A stretch of 64,000 nucleotides of DNA from the human T2T-CHM13v2.0 reference genome, Homo sapiens. The stretch lies in assembly GCF_009914755.1 (NCBI RefSeq), contig NC_060947.1; one strand, 5' to 3'. The notes below the pieces were generated by a model. It searched no databases, had not been told where the DNA came from, and saw only the letters and a program-made list of their open reading frames with translations. Within the stretch, counting starts at the first letter, position 1, and every line of letters starts with the position of its first letter. The position numbers were made by a program, and so were the translations under genes. This document shows, in pieces, positions 11,775 to 24,855 of this stretch.

Positions 11775-13944
11775 AAAAGGCAGCTTAACTTGTGCCTGAA
11801 AGTCAATCACGAAGACCCATGCTGGAGCAGTAGCTATTTCATAACAACCTGGAAAAGCCCAAACACCCAGCAAGTTCTAATATCAAACCCAGGAGAAACC
11901 TTAGCCTCCATGAGGGAGAGAAGTACTTGTCTGTGAAATTTGTTGGCAATAAAATATTTAAACAGCTAGGTCCCTTGATATAGTTCTGACATTGGCGTGT
12001 GTGTGTGTTTACAAAGGGATCTTTTTGTTTTTCCTACTCAAAAAAGGAAGAAAGATCTTTTCATGTTTTTATTTTAAAAGAAGCCATTAAGTCCTACTAG
12101 GTCAGCCGGCGTGCTTGTTTTCTGGTTTCTTATCTCACGAAATTCCTTGTCATTAACTATGTGTTTTCGATCACCTAGTGTGTATTTAAGTGGCTTTTTC
12201 TGATTTAAAAGATATTTCATTTTTTGAAATATTATAAGGCATGTTCATCTCTTTATTGCAGTACGGGCATTCAGGCTACTGTTTGCACTGTGGTCTGCTA
12301 TTTATGTGCTATTTTGTATTTATCTGGCTCTGAAGTGTGGAGTCTATCAACAAAATAGGTACTGGGTAGGTATAGTCTGAAATGTTGATCTAAAACATTC
12401 AGATCTCAAATCTTATGGAGGTTTATTTAGGTAGGCATGGTTTGAAATACTAAGGTGAATGAGTGAGAAGATAAATGAAAATCTTATTTTTAAAAAGTCT
12501 CCTTAACTAAAAATACCCAGAGTCGTTCCATATTTTGACAACGCTTTAACAAAGCTGTTTGGCAGTTATTAGCCAGAAATGCAAAGGGGTGAGCCAGTTG
12601 CCTAGAATGACGCCCTTTTAATTATTGGATGAACTTTCTTAAATACTGAAAACAACCTAAGTTTGTGTACATTTTGTTTTGCTTCAGTCTAATAATTTAT
12701 CTATCCCTGAATAATCTAGAAAGCAGATCTGAGGGATCGAGCAGGTGGAGGGTTTTGCTATTACAGTTCTGCAAGACCAAGCAATACTTCCTTCTATGCT
12801 TTTACCCTGAAAAAGATATCCTGAACAGGAGTCTCCCAGTGCTTGAGGTCAGTCTCCAGATCAGAGCTGTGTTCTCCGGACACTCACTGTTTTCTGAACC
12901 AGTGAGAGGTGAACAGTCTCTGTTGTCCCCTTGCTTTTCCTGGCTCCCCCTCCTCCCACGTACCTTTGCTATTTGTCCGGAAACACAGGCAGGAATATAA
13001 AGAACTTAAATATACAGTGTTTTCCTTAAGTGGCTGGTTATTTTGCAATATATTGTTCGAGAAAATCTCCCTGAAAAATTGCTGCTTCCTTTTGGGGGTG
13101 TTAGCTCAGGCTTTCCCCTTGTGTTTTCCAAAAAATTCCATGTTCAAGAAGCTGAACTTTCTTGCTCCACATAAAAGCTTCGGGATATGCTTAACCTCCT
13201 CCATCTTCTGAACTGCGTCTGACATTCAAATATTCCCTGTCCTACTACAGGAAGATCTTCACTTACTGCTTCTAATTGGATTTGTAAGGATGAACTTGTC
13301 TATTTTCCCCTTTAGTCCAGCCATGAGGCTAAGATGAATGGCCCCTCATAAATTGCTGGTCTGGTCATTTATCTGCAACACGTGCGAGTTATTATCCCAT
13401 AATAACACAGATAATGAAACTGAGTGGTATAAAACCAGCATCGAGTGGGGAGGCTCATTAAAAGAATGACTTTGTTACATGTGTCTTGAACCTGTGGAAT
13501 TTCTGCTCGGCCCCTTCAGTTCTGAGGCACCCCTGCCCAGGCTCGCACCTGGCCCCTAGTGCATGCTACTCTGCCCCTCTGGGGGACCACAAGCTCCCTG
13601 TTAGTGGTAGTCTTTTATTCTGGCATGGCCCTCCTTTTTCATAAACCTGGGGCCTTTTAGGCGGGACCTGGCTTTTTTTTTTTTTCCCTGCCCCAAGGTA
13701 TAGAAGGAAGAGTTGGCCTTCTTCCAGTCTACTCAGCCTCTAGACTGTGCTGTCCAATATGGTGGACATGAACTGCATGTGGCTTTGAAATACTTTTGAA
13801 ATGTGGCTAGTCCAAATGGAGATGAGCAGTAAGTGTAAAATTCATACCAAATTCCAAAGACTTCATAGAAAAAGGTAAAAGAATATCAAATACCTTGATA
13901 TTTTTCATATTGATTATATTGAAATGATAATATTTTACATATTA

Positions 13945-14657
<713 letters not shown>

Positions 14658-16199
14658 ATTAGGTTAAATAAAATACATTATTAAAATTAATTCCATCAAT
14701 TTATTTTGCTATTTTTTTTTTAAATATGGTCACTAGAAATTTAAAATTCCATTTGGCTTGTATTTGTGGCTCACATTCTGTTGCCATTGGGTATTGCCAT
14801 GCTGGACAATCGTCCACCATCTTCACCCAACAGCTGTCTACCTTTGCAGACCACATCATTCCGTTGTGGTGGCCTCTTTCCACCTACATGGCTCCCCAGA
14901 AACTCCTTAGTCGTCCTCAAAGTTGGGCTTACCGTTTTCCTCCACCCAACTCCAAACTATCAACCAACATAACTTTAACATGTACTGATATCAAACCAAT
15001 AAGCATTCATGAGTTGCTTACTGGCTCTGGATTTATATTTTTAATGAGTAAAAACCAGATTGCAAAGAACATATAGTTTATTAAGGGAGAAAGGACTACA
15101 AGCAAACAATTATAATAAAGTGGGAAAAGTTCTAAAGTACACAGTATGTATAAAGTACTACTATTGGAACCAAGAAAAGCAAGATTAATTCTGTCTCTGA
15201 TTATCAGAGGAAGGAGTTCATAGAGGTGGAGGTGGAAAGTGCCCGTTAGATGACAGAGCTGCAGGAGGCCATAGGAGGCAAGGCTGCAGAGGTGTGGTGG
15301 GACCATATGATGGCTCTGGTGGGCGCCCAGGGGGTCAGGCTGCATAGGACCAGATGATGATGCTATGTAGATAAGGATGCACAGATGATGGAGCTGCATG
15401 GAGCTGTGGGAGATAAGGTTGCTGTCCTGCCAACTTCAGAAGCATAAGAGGAGAGTTTTGGTGGTGAAGCTGGAGCAGAGTAGGGCACAGAAGTTGTTAC
15501 GGAAGGAGGGTACGGTGCTTAGTGGTCTCAGCTGTCAAGCTGTATTGGTCCCCACCCTGTGCACACACTTCTTTTCGTGCATACCTGCTAGACACTATCA
15601 GAAGGAAGAAGCTGGAGAATGTGCTAATGTGTCACTCAGCTTCTGCAAAGATGTGCAGATCTGCTCTCTAACAGGAGAGCTGCTTTTGCACTGAAAAGTT
15701 TAGCAGAAACAATGACCTAGTTCACCTGCCTCAAAGCTGGCTGGCTTGCCCAGGCAATAGGCTGGATGTTTATTAAAAGTGAAAACTCATTCTCCGGTAA
15801 ATGTCTTACTTGTCAGAACCTTTCCTCTACCTCTCCATGACACAGAATCCAGGGTAATGAGCAGTTACAGAATGCATGCACTTTCTTTGCTCTTGAAACC
15901 CAAAGACAGAACGTAGGAGGACCCTCTCCACCTTAGTGTGTTACAGATCATTTTCTGGTGCACCCAGGATGGGATATTAGAGAGCAGTCAGTCAGCTCCA
16001 TAGCTGTGTGCCCAGAACTGACACACACCCTCATCTCTGCCTTCGTGATCACACATGGAGAGGGCACACATGATGTGGGGTGGAGGGTGCTGGGAGAGAG
16101 AAATGCCTTACTCCAAAAAAAGCCAATGTTGAGGTTAGGTTTATTTTATTAAAAAAAAAAAAAATTGAGGGCAGAGTCTCCCTACCAAGCCAGAACCAG

Positions 16200-16412
16200 A
16201 GTGTTGATTCTCTAGAAGATTGTTGGCTCATGGGATTACCTGCGGAACTAAAAAACAAACAAGCAAAAAGCCACATCCCCAGAGATTATAATTTAATTGG
16301 TGTGAAGTTTTTTTTGTTTTGTTTTGTTTTGTTTTGTTTTGTTTTGTTTTGTTTTGTTTTTGAGAGCTCACTAGGTGCTTCCAATATGCGGCCAAGGTTG
16401 AAAAACCACTGG
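16200..16412. mobile_element. MER5-family MITE containing a (TTTTG)n tract at 16307-16360
   Basis: CCCCAGAGATTATAATTTAATTGG...GCCAAGGTTGAAAAACCACTG. Confidence 0.65.
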
Positions 16413-16416
16413 CTAG

Positions 16417-16727
<311 letters not shown>

Positions 16728-16989
16728 GGTTTGTTTTTTTTTTTGTTTGTTTGTTTTTTGTTTTTTGTTTTTTTTTTAGCTTACTGATTGCCACTGACTT
16801 TCACTTAAAGTGGGAGGAGGTAAAATTGAGGTCATTGATTCAGGGTTTGGGAAACTGCATGGGCAAGTACAAAGTAGCTGAGAGAGTCTAGGCTGTGTCC
16901 AGGGGTGAGAAATCAGGGCTACAGCCTGAAACCTCACAGCATTAGCCCTAAAAGGGCAAGAAGAAGCAATTGCAGATCTTATCTTTCTC

Positions 16990-17155
16990 TAAGGCCTGTG
17001 ATTCTCAAATAGAATCACCTGGAGGGCTTGTTAAGCCACAGACTGTGGGATCCCATCCACCCCCCCACTTTCCAGATTCAGTGATGGGGTGCAGCCAGAA
17101 AATGTGCGTTTCTAACATGCTCCCAGGTGATGCCAATGTTGCTAGCCCCAGCAAT
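16990..17155. mobile_element. MER5A
   Basis: AGAATCACCTGGAGGGCTTGTTAA...TTTCTAACATGCTCCCAGGTGATGC. Confidence 0.75.
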
Positions 17156-17359
17156 ACAGGGGAGAACAGGATCACTTAAAATGAAAATGCAGCAAAAAGC
17201 CCCAGGCATTTTTCCTGAGCACCTACTATGTACCTGGTACCATACCGTACCTGGGGATACAGAGGAGGAGCCACAGTTCTTGCTGTCCATAGCTTGGCAG
17301 TGTCTTGATCCAGAGACCCATAGACAAACATTTCCATTTTGTTAGGTTCTATGGAGGAG

Positions 17360-17990
17360 ACTTCCAGTTTCCTCTTGGAGATGTGGGAGTTAGAAATAGC
17401 GTGGCTCTAGGCCGGGGGCAGTGGCTCATGCCTGTAATCCCACCACTTTGGGAGGCCAAGGCAGATGGATCACTTGAGGTCAGGAGTTCGAGACCAGCTT
17501 TGCCAACATGGTGAAACTCTGTGTCTTCTAAAAATACAAAAATTAGCTGGGCATGGTGGTGCACACCTATAATCCCAGTTACTCAGGAGGCTGAGGCATG
17601 AGAATCGCTTGAACCTGGGAGGTGGAGGTTGCAGTGAGCCAAGATATCGCACCACTGCACTCCAGTCTGGGCAACAGAGCAAGACTTTGTCTCAAAAAAA
17701 AAAAAAAAAAAAAAAGGAATAGCATGGCTCCCACCCTTACAACATCAAAAAGCCGTCTGGGCTTAAAATTATTTTAAAAAGAAAAAAAAAAACAGACAAA
17801 CTGCAAGTTCAAACCTTTCTTGAATCCATCAGAAAGCTGAGGTCACAGGGCAAACAACTAATCCAACATCAAAGGACAGACAGACAGTGGCAGGGGCAGA
17901 TGAGACATGAGCCCTTGCTTACCTGAGTCAGATGCAGCTGGACATGAGTAAGAAGAATTCACTAGAATTTTTTTTAGCTTGTTTTAAAAA
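17360..17990 (+). mobile_element. Probable old L1M 5' UTR fragment, split by Alu
   Basis: GACTTCCAGTTTC start; TTTCTTGAATCCATCAGAAAGCTGAGGTCACAGGGCAA. Confidence 0.5.
17410..17715 (+). mobile_element. Alu (AluS)
   Basis: Full dimer, poly(A) tail, TSD AATAGC(G/A)TGGCTC. Confidence 0.97.
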
Positions 17991-19329
17991 TTATTTTTTG
18001 AAGTCTCATGTGGGTTTTGAGCCACAGTTTGAAATTCATTTTGAAACAAGACCCCCAGCTGTGCCACTTCTAGCTTCCCCACAGTGAGAGCTGGGCCATA
18101 GCGGAGGAGTGAGGGGGGAATATGGAAAGAACCCAAAACTTCTATTCTATCAAGATCCTTCAAGCCAGGAATGAAAGTGGGTGAGTTTGTACTGTTGGGG
18201 AAAGCCCTGGGCAGCTCTGAGCCTTAGTGTTTTGGGTACCCAAAGGGCAGCAGGAGGAAACCCAGTCAAAAGCACCCACACTAACTGCCACAAATGGTAT
18301 TTCTTCCCACAAGACGTCTGAAGTCCAAGGATTGGGCCAACCACAAGGATCAATAAGGATTCGCTTTGCTAGCAATTTCTACCACTGATGGGCTTGTCCC
18401 TTTGCAGATCTGGAGACACCCCCAGAGCTCTTCTCTCTGACAGTGTTTCCATTCTAGGGTCATCCCAGGCACAGCCTCCCAATAAACTCACCCTAAGTTT
18501 CCTTGCAATAAAATAAGCCAAGTGAAGGCAGAATCTTTAATTGCCAATCGTTGGGCAACTCCTGTAAGCTTTTCTGCACATAAAAGTTTTAGCCCTGTAG
18601 ATTTGAGATAAAACTGGATTGTTATTGGAAGATCTGAGATCTGGAAATAGTTTTGCTGGACTTTCTGAAGTCTTTAATCCCACAAACGTATATCATTTTT
18701 CTTTTCTGTGGACTTTTAGATAACATAAAAGAATTTAATGGAAAAAATGTTCATTTTCCAGGAAAACACTAATAATTAAGATTTCCTTCTTAATGAGAGG
18801 CCAACAGGGGTCAGGCTAACTGGAGAGGAGAAAGATAATTCCTCATATATTTTATGTTCCTTATTCTTTGTACCTTATTTTTCATAGCTCTTATGATCCC
18901 TGAGCCTCTCTGTGAACCATACTGCCTGGGAAGATACTCAACTCGGTCCTTCCCCTCAGAATTGGTGTGGATTACTTTTACTTACTGTGAATCCTTTACT
19001 TCCAGACCACCCCTTCTTTACTGTTGCCCACAAACCAGAAACTCAAGGAGAGATGTAGCTGAATTAAGAAATGTTCTTTTAACTTAAACAATTTTACAAG
19101 AAAAAACCAAACAACCCCATCAAAAAGTGGGCAAAGGATATGAACACACACTTCTCAAAAGAAGACATTTATGCAGCCAACAGACGTATGAAAAAATGCT
19201 CATCAAATGGTCATCAGAGAAATGCAAATCCAAACCACAATGAGATACCATCTCATGCCAGTTAGAATGGCGATCATTAAAAAGTCAGGAAACAACACAT
19301 GCTGGAGAGGATGTGGAGAAATAGGAATG

Positions 19330-19416
19330 CAATGAATAAATGATACATATAAGTATTTATTAATGTAGTTAAGATCAGTTCACTTGGGTTTTCTGACTCA
19401 TTTTCAGTGGACCATA
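19330..19416 (-). repeat. Inverted copy of 36121-36207 (templated insert A)
   Basis: Manual reverse-complement alignment: 83/87 identical, no gaps, all four differences transitions. Confidence 0.97.
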
Positions 19417-19418
19417 TA

Positions 19419-19473
19419 TTAGTATTTCACCAGGATAATCCCTTTCCCATGCAGTGAAACTCTTCTGTGACCT
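19419..19473 (-). repeat. Inverted copy of 21596-21650 (templated insert B)
   Basis: Manual reverse-complement alignment: 55/55 identical. Confidence 0.97.
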
Positions 19474-20934
19474 GTGACTTCTGTGTTGGTGGGAGTGTAA
19501 ATAGTTCAACCATTGTGGAAGACAGTGTGGTGATTCCTCAAGGATCTAGAACTAGAAATACCATTTGACCCAGCAATCCCATTACTGGGTATATACCCAA
19601 AGGATTATAAATCATGCTACTATAAAGACATATGCATGTGTATGTTTATTGCAGCACTATTCACAATAGCAAAGACGTGGAACCAACCCAAATGTCCATC
19701 AATAATAGGCCAGATAAAGAAAATGTGGCACATATACACCATGGAATACTATGCAGCCATAAAAAAGGATGAACTCATATCCTTTGCAGGGACATGGATG
19801 AAGCTGGAAACCATCGTTCTCAGCAAATCACCACAAGGACAGAGAACCAAACACTGCATGTTCTCACTCATAAGTGGGAGTTGAACAATGAGAACACATG
19901 GACACAGGGAGGTGAACATCATACACCAGGGCCTGTTGGGGGGTGGTGGGCTGGGGGAGCGATAGCATTAGGAGAAATACCTAATGTAAATGAAGGGTTG
20001 ATGGGTGCAGCAAACCAACATGGCACATGTATACCTACGTAACAAACCTGCACATTGTGCACATGTACCCTAGAACTTAAAGTATAATAAAAAAAATTTA
20101 AAACCCACTAGCAAAAAAAAAATGTTCTTTTTTTGGTTATCAACATAAAATAAACTTTCTAGAATTTCCAAAAATTTAATCAGATATCTCAAATTTCCTG
20201 AAGTCCTGTTTGTTGGTGAATTCTTGGTATTTCTTTGAATCGTTCACTTTCAGTAATCATCCCCTCAAGCTAATTTTATCATTCAGAGAAGAATCAAATC
20301 TAGTTTCCAAATATCCAGAGTTGTGAGTCTAATTTTATCCCCAAACTGAAATATTAGCTAGTTGTCCCATAGATTGCCCCTGGTCTCACCAACCTTGTTT
20401 TGGATCTGCTGAGGAAGTCTCACATCTAGTATCTTTAAAATGAAGTTTTGATCCTGATTCCTAGTTCCATATTCTGGTCTCTATATAAATTTCCCACCAC
20501 ATTAATTGATAGTTAATTACAGGACTCTCTTGGAACTGGCCAACTTCTTCCCACCAGTAATTGACTCAGGCCCAAATTGGATGTCGTGAACTGGCACTGG
20601 ACTCAAGATGCCCCTTTGTGTCTACTCTCATTTGAACCCTAGAGCTGAAGCTTGAACATTCTGAATTGGTATGCAAGACTGGAGTCCACTGAAATAGGGC
20701 TGGGTGAGAGCACCTGGATTAAATTCCCCCCACATTTTTCCTGGCAGTTGTGTTACCATTTAGGTTGAAGGAGGCCATCTTTGTGAGTGGAAATCCTCCA
20801 ATACACTCATGACTTCACCAAAGACAAGTGTGACATATTCTTCCATTCACTTGAACATTCAAATGGATTTTCTAGAAATTTCTAAATACTACCAGAATTA
20901 AACACTTCATGTCCTAGGAGAATAAATACAAAAT

Positions 20935-21570
<636 letters not shown>

Positions 21571-21595
21571 TCTACAGACACACACTCACACAAAT

Positions 21596-21650
21596 AGGTC
21601 ACAGAAGAGTTTCACTGCATGGGAAAGGGATTATCCTGGTGAAATACTAA
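21596..21650 (+). other. Donor sequence for insert B in the L1PA
   Basis: AGGTCACAGAAGAG...GGTGAAATACTAA is the exact reverse complement of 19419-19473. Confidence 0.95.
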
Positions 21651-22509
21651 GCCAAGTATCGGTGTCCATTTGCTCATTCTCATTAGGATTAAACTGAAAG
21701 CTGTTTATCTGCTGCTAGTTGCACAGGGATATATCTTGGCTTTACTTTCCAAATGGATTCTTGGCACAGTTGCATTGTTAGGGATATGGGATCCAAGACA
21801 AAAAGAAAAAAAAAACCAACATTGTGCTTAAGGAGTATACAAGAATTATGATTCCTAGATCTTTATCTACCTTGATGTTTTGAAAACTTGCTTTAAGAGA
21901 AATAACATGGGCCTGGAGTAGAAGGACAGGAAGGAAGGGGAAGCTGAGAGAACAGCCAGGAAGCTGGGACTAACAGCTGTTCTATTTTTCTGAACAGGGG
22001 GAATAAAATTAGGCAAGAGTTACAAATGCATGAGTGTAAAATAACAGCATGTCCAAGCAGGGCAGGGGGGTGGTGAGTCCTTATTGCTTGTGGGTAAAGG
22101 ACAATTAAAATTAGTTTATGAAAAGTTCATAAAGATGAATAAAGTGAAAGTACTCAGCAAGGTATTCATCTCTCTCTAACACAGGCTTTTCCTGCTGTAG
22201 ATGCATGAAGGGCGTGCTGAGATTCAATTAGTTTACCACCTCAGTGGATTTCTGCTATACGTACAGATTAAATACCAATTTCTATTCATTTCTGCCTTTC
22301 AACATTAAACCAAGGTGTGCGTAATGACGACAACAGCTTTCAACCAAAGGCCACAAAGACAGCTTCACAGGACTGAGCGACGTATCCACCTGGATTTATC
22401 TTTATGCAAAAGTCTTCATTTATGGCTTCTTTCTTTGTTCTTTCTCCAAACCAACCACTGTAAACTACACAACATGGCTCTTTTGCTTATTCATTTTTAA
22501 AAAGTCTTG

Positions 22510-22641
22510 TTTATTTATTATATAGAGATGGGGGTCTCACTATGTTGCCCAGGCTGATCTCAAACTCCTGGCCTCAAGCAATCCTCCTGCCTCAGCCTCC
22601 CAAAGTGCTGGGATTACAGGCGTAAGCCACTATGCCCAGTC
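22510..22641 (-). mobile_element. FLAM/Alu left monomer
   Basis: Single antisense monomer GGTCTCACTATGTTGCCCAGGCTG...GAGCCAC-like. Confidence 0.9.
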
Positions 22642-22875
22642 CATGGCTCTCTGTTTATACCTCAGTTTTAAAAATCAGAGTAAACAGTCATTTTGGGCAT
22701 TTGTTTTTCTGATAAAAGCTTCATAAATGTGCACACTCTTTTGCGTCTGCCTGCTCTCCCCACAGGCCTGTTGCTGCCCAAATCAGTGTGAAGAGTATGC
22801 CTTAATGGAGAAAACTACTGCTAAAAAGAGTCCATTAGCCCAATGGATGAATTTCTTGGACTGCATTAAAATCAG

Positions 22876-23270
22876 TTCAATCATTTAACACAATTATTAA
22901 ATGCATAATATATAGCGGACCATTTTAGGCATGGAACACAGCACAGCAAATAAAACAGACACAAATCCCTGCCTTTATGGAATTTAGACCCTAGTGGTGA
23001 TATAGGAAAAAAAATGAATAAAGGGAAGAGGGTTGGGAATGCCCAGGGTGGCGGTGGTAGAGCAGCTTTATAGCAGTTGATCCAGGGACGTAATGTTTGT
23101 GGAGATGTTTGAGCAAAGAAGGAGAAGGGAGCCAAGCAGATGTTTGAGAGAGAACATTCCACAAAGGTGAAATAACAAATGTGAAGGCCATGGAGTGAGA
23201 CTGCCCTGCTGATGGCAAGGCTACACTGATGCCAGGTTGGCTACAGGGAGCAAGGGAGGAAGTGAAGCAT
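22876..23270 (-). mobile_element. L2 3' end
   Basis: TTCAATCATTTAACA...AATAAAACAGACACAAATCCCTGCCTTTATGGA. Confidence 0.75.
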
Positions 23271-23529
23271 AGTTTGGAATTATAATTAAAATTTCAAAAA
23301 AAGCGTTCTTTCTCAGCCTGATTCCTACTAGGATAATATTTCTGATTTTCCTTCTCCTTTTAGACAAGATAAATGATTTGAGGTGGGTTATTACTAGAAA
23401 TTATTAAAAATAATAATAAGGCCATGCTCTCTGATATAGTTTCAATTATTACATTATTATCATATATGAACATATTCAGACTAGAAAAAAGATTATCATA
23501 GTCATGATAGTCACCACTATGACCACTAA

Positions 23530-23710
23530 TGATACAGTTACATCACAGTTTACATCATCTCATTTGAGCTTGTGATAATGCCTGGGTAAGGGGTGCTCCC
23601 TTTCTGCAGATAAGGAAAATTTTCCAATGCATTATGTGACTTGTCCAAAATTGCTCAGCTAGTAAATGCTGGAGGAGGGGTATGGACTAGAATTCCAGTA
23701 TTATTTTTGC
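23530..23710 (-). mobile_element. MIR
   Basis: TTTCTGCAGATAAGGAAA...TGTGACTTGTCCAA...CAGCTAGTAAATG. Confidence 0.7.
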
Positions 23711-24123
23711 TAAATTACACGACTTTCAGTGCCAACATCTGCTCAGAACATCTCTTCTCTCTATAATTTCCCCCTTTAAGAGAGAAAAGACCTGTAGCTA
23801 AGAAAGATTGGTTTACCTAATAAGGAAAAAGTAAAATGAACAATGACATTTATTATAATATTGTATATCATACTAAAAATAAGATACCTAAAACTCAGTA
23901 ATAAGACAGCACAACCTAAAAGCTCAATAATAAGAGACACATAAGTGTGGAATACTTACAGATGTGTGGAACACTATTATTCTATAATAATAAAATAAGA
24001 GCCACCCAGAGATGTCTACAACCTAATTTCCAGATTCTGTGTATATGTTACTTGGCAGGGAAAAGGGGAAGTAAGGTTGCAGATGGAATTCGGTTGCTAA
24101 TCAGGGAGATTATTGAGTGGGCC

Positions 24124-24855
24124 TATATTAGACCATTCTTACTTTGCTATAAAGAAACACCCGAGACAAAGTCATTTATTTATTTATTTTTATTTTTATT
24201 ATTATTATTTTTTTTGAGATGGAGTCTCGCTTTGTCACCCAGGCTGGAGTGCAGTGATGCGATCTCAGCTCACGGCAACCTCCTCCTCCCAGGTTCAAGC
24301 GATTCTCCTGCCTCAGTCTCCTGAGTAGCTGGGACTACAGGAACATGCCACCACACCCAGCTAATTTTCGTATTTTTATTAGAGACGGGGTTTCACCATG
24401 TTGGCCAGGCTGGTCTCGAACTCTTAACCTAAAGTTATCAGCCCGCCTTGGCCTCCCAAAGTGCAGGGATTACAGGTGTGAGCCACCTCACCCGGCCAAG
24501 ACCAAGTCATTTGTAAGAAAAGAGATCTCGTTGGCTTATGGTTCTGCAGGCGCTACAGGAAGCCTGGAGGAGGAGGCCTCAGGAGGCTTTGACTGGTGGT
24601 GGAAGGCAAAGTGGGAGCAGACACCTCACATGGCAAGAGCAGGAGAGAAAGATGGGAGAGGTGCCACACACTTTTAAACAACCAGATCTCACGAGAACTC
24701 ACTAACGCAAGGAGAATACCAAGAGAGATGGTGCTAAACCATTCATGAGATATCCACCACCATGACCCAATCACCTCCCACTAGGCCCCACCTCTAACAC
24801 TGGGGATTACAATTCAATGTGACATTTGGGCGGGGACACACATCCAAACTATATA
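24124..24855 (-). mobile_element. MSTA-type MaLR LTR, split by Alu
   Basis: TTGCTATAAAGAAA...CACACTTTTAAACAACCAGATCTCACGAGAACTCAC...GGGGACACACATCCAAACTATAT. Confidence 0.9.
24178..24497 (-). mobile_element. Alu (AluS)
   Basis: Antisense dimer; TSD AGAC(A/C)AAGTCATTT. Confidence 0.95.

Larger units (their letters stand above)
19081..20119 (+). mobile_element. 5'-truncated L1PA (L1PA5/6-like): ORF2 C-terminus plus 3' UTR, interrupted at 19331-19483
   Basis: ORF2p C-terminal peptide MFIAALFTIAKTWNQPKCPS...WHIYTMEYYAAIKKDE; 3' UTR GGAGAAATACCTAATGTAAATG...CCCTAGAACTTAAAGTATAAT; TSD AAATGTTCTTTT at 19069-19080 and 20120-20131. Confidence 0.97.

Noticed and set aside
19330-19473. The insert as a retro-copied spliced mRNA (two exons joined)
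   Set aside because: On the minus strand donor A is followed by AAAAC (not GT) and donor B is preceded by GGC (not AG). There is also a 2-nt linker and no poly(A) or TSD of its own.
19636-19884. ORF resembling a real protein
   Set aside because: It is the L1 ORF2p C-terminus of a truncated, interrupted element, not a host gene.
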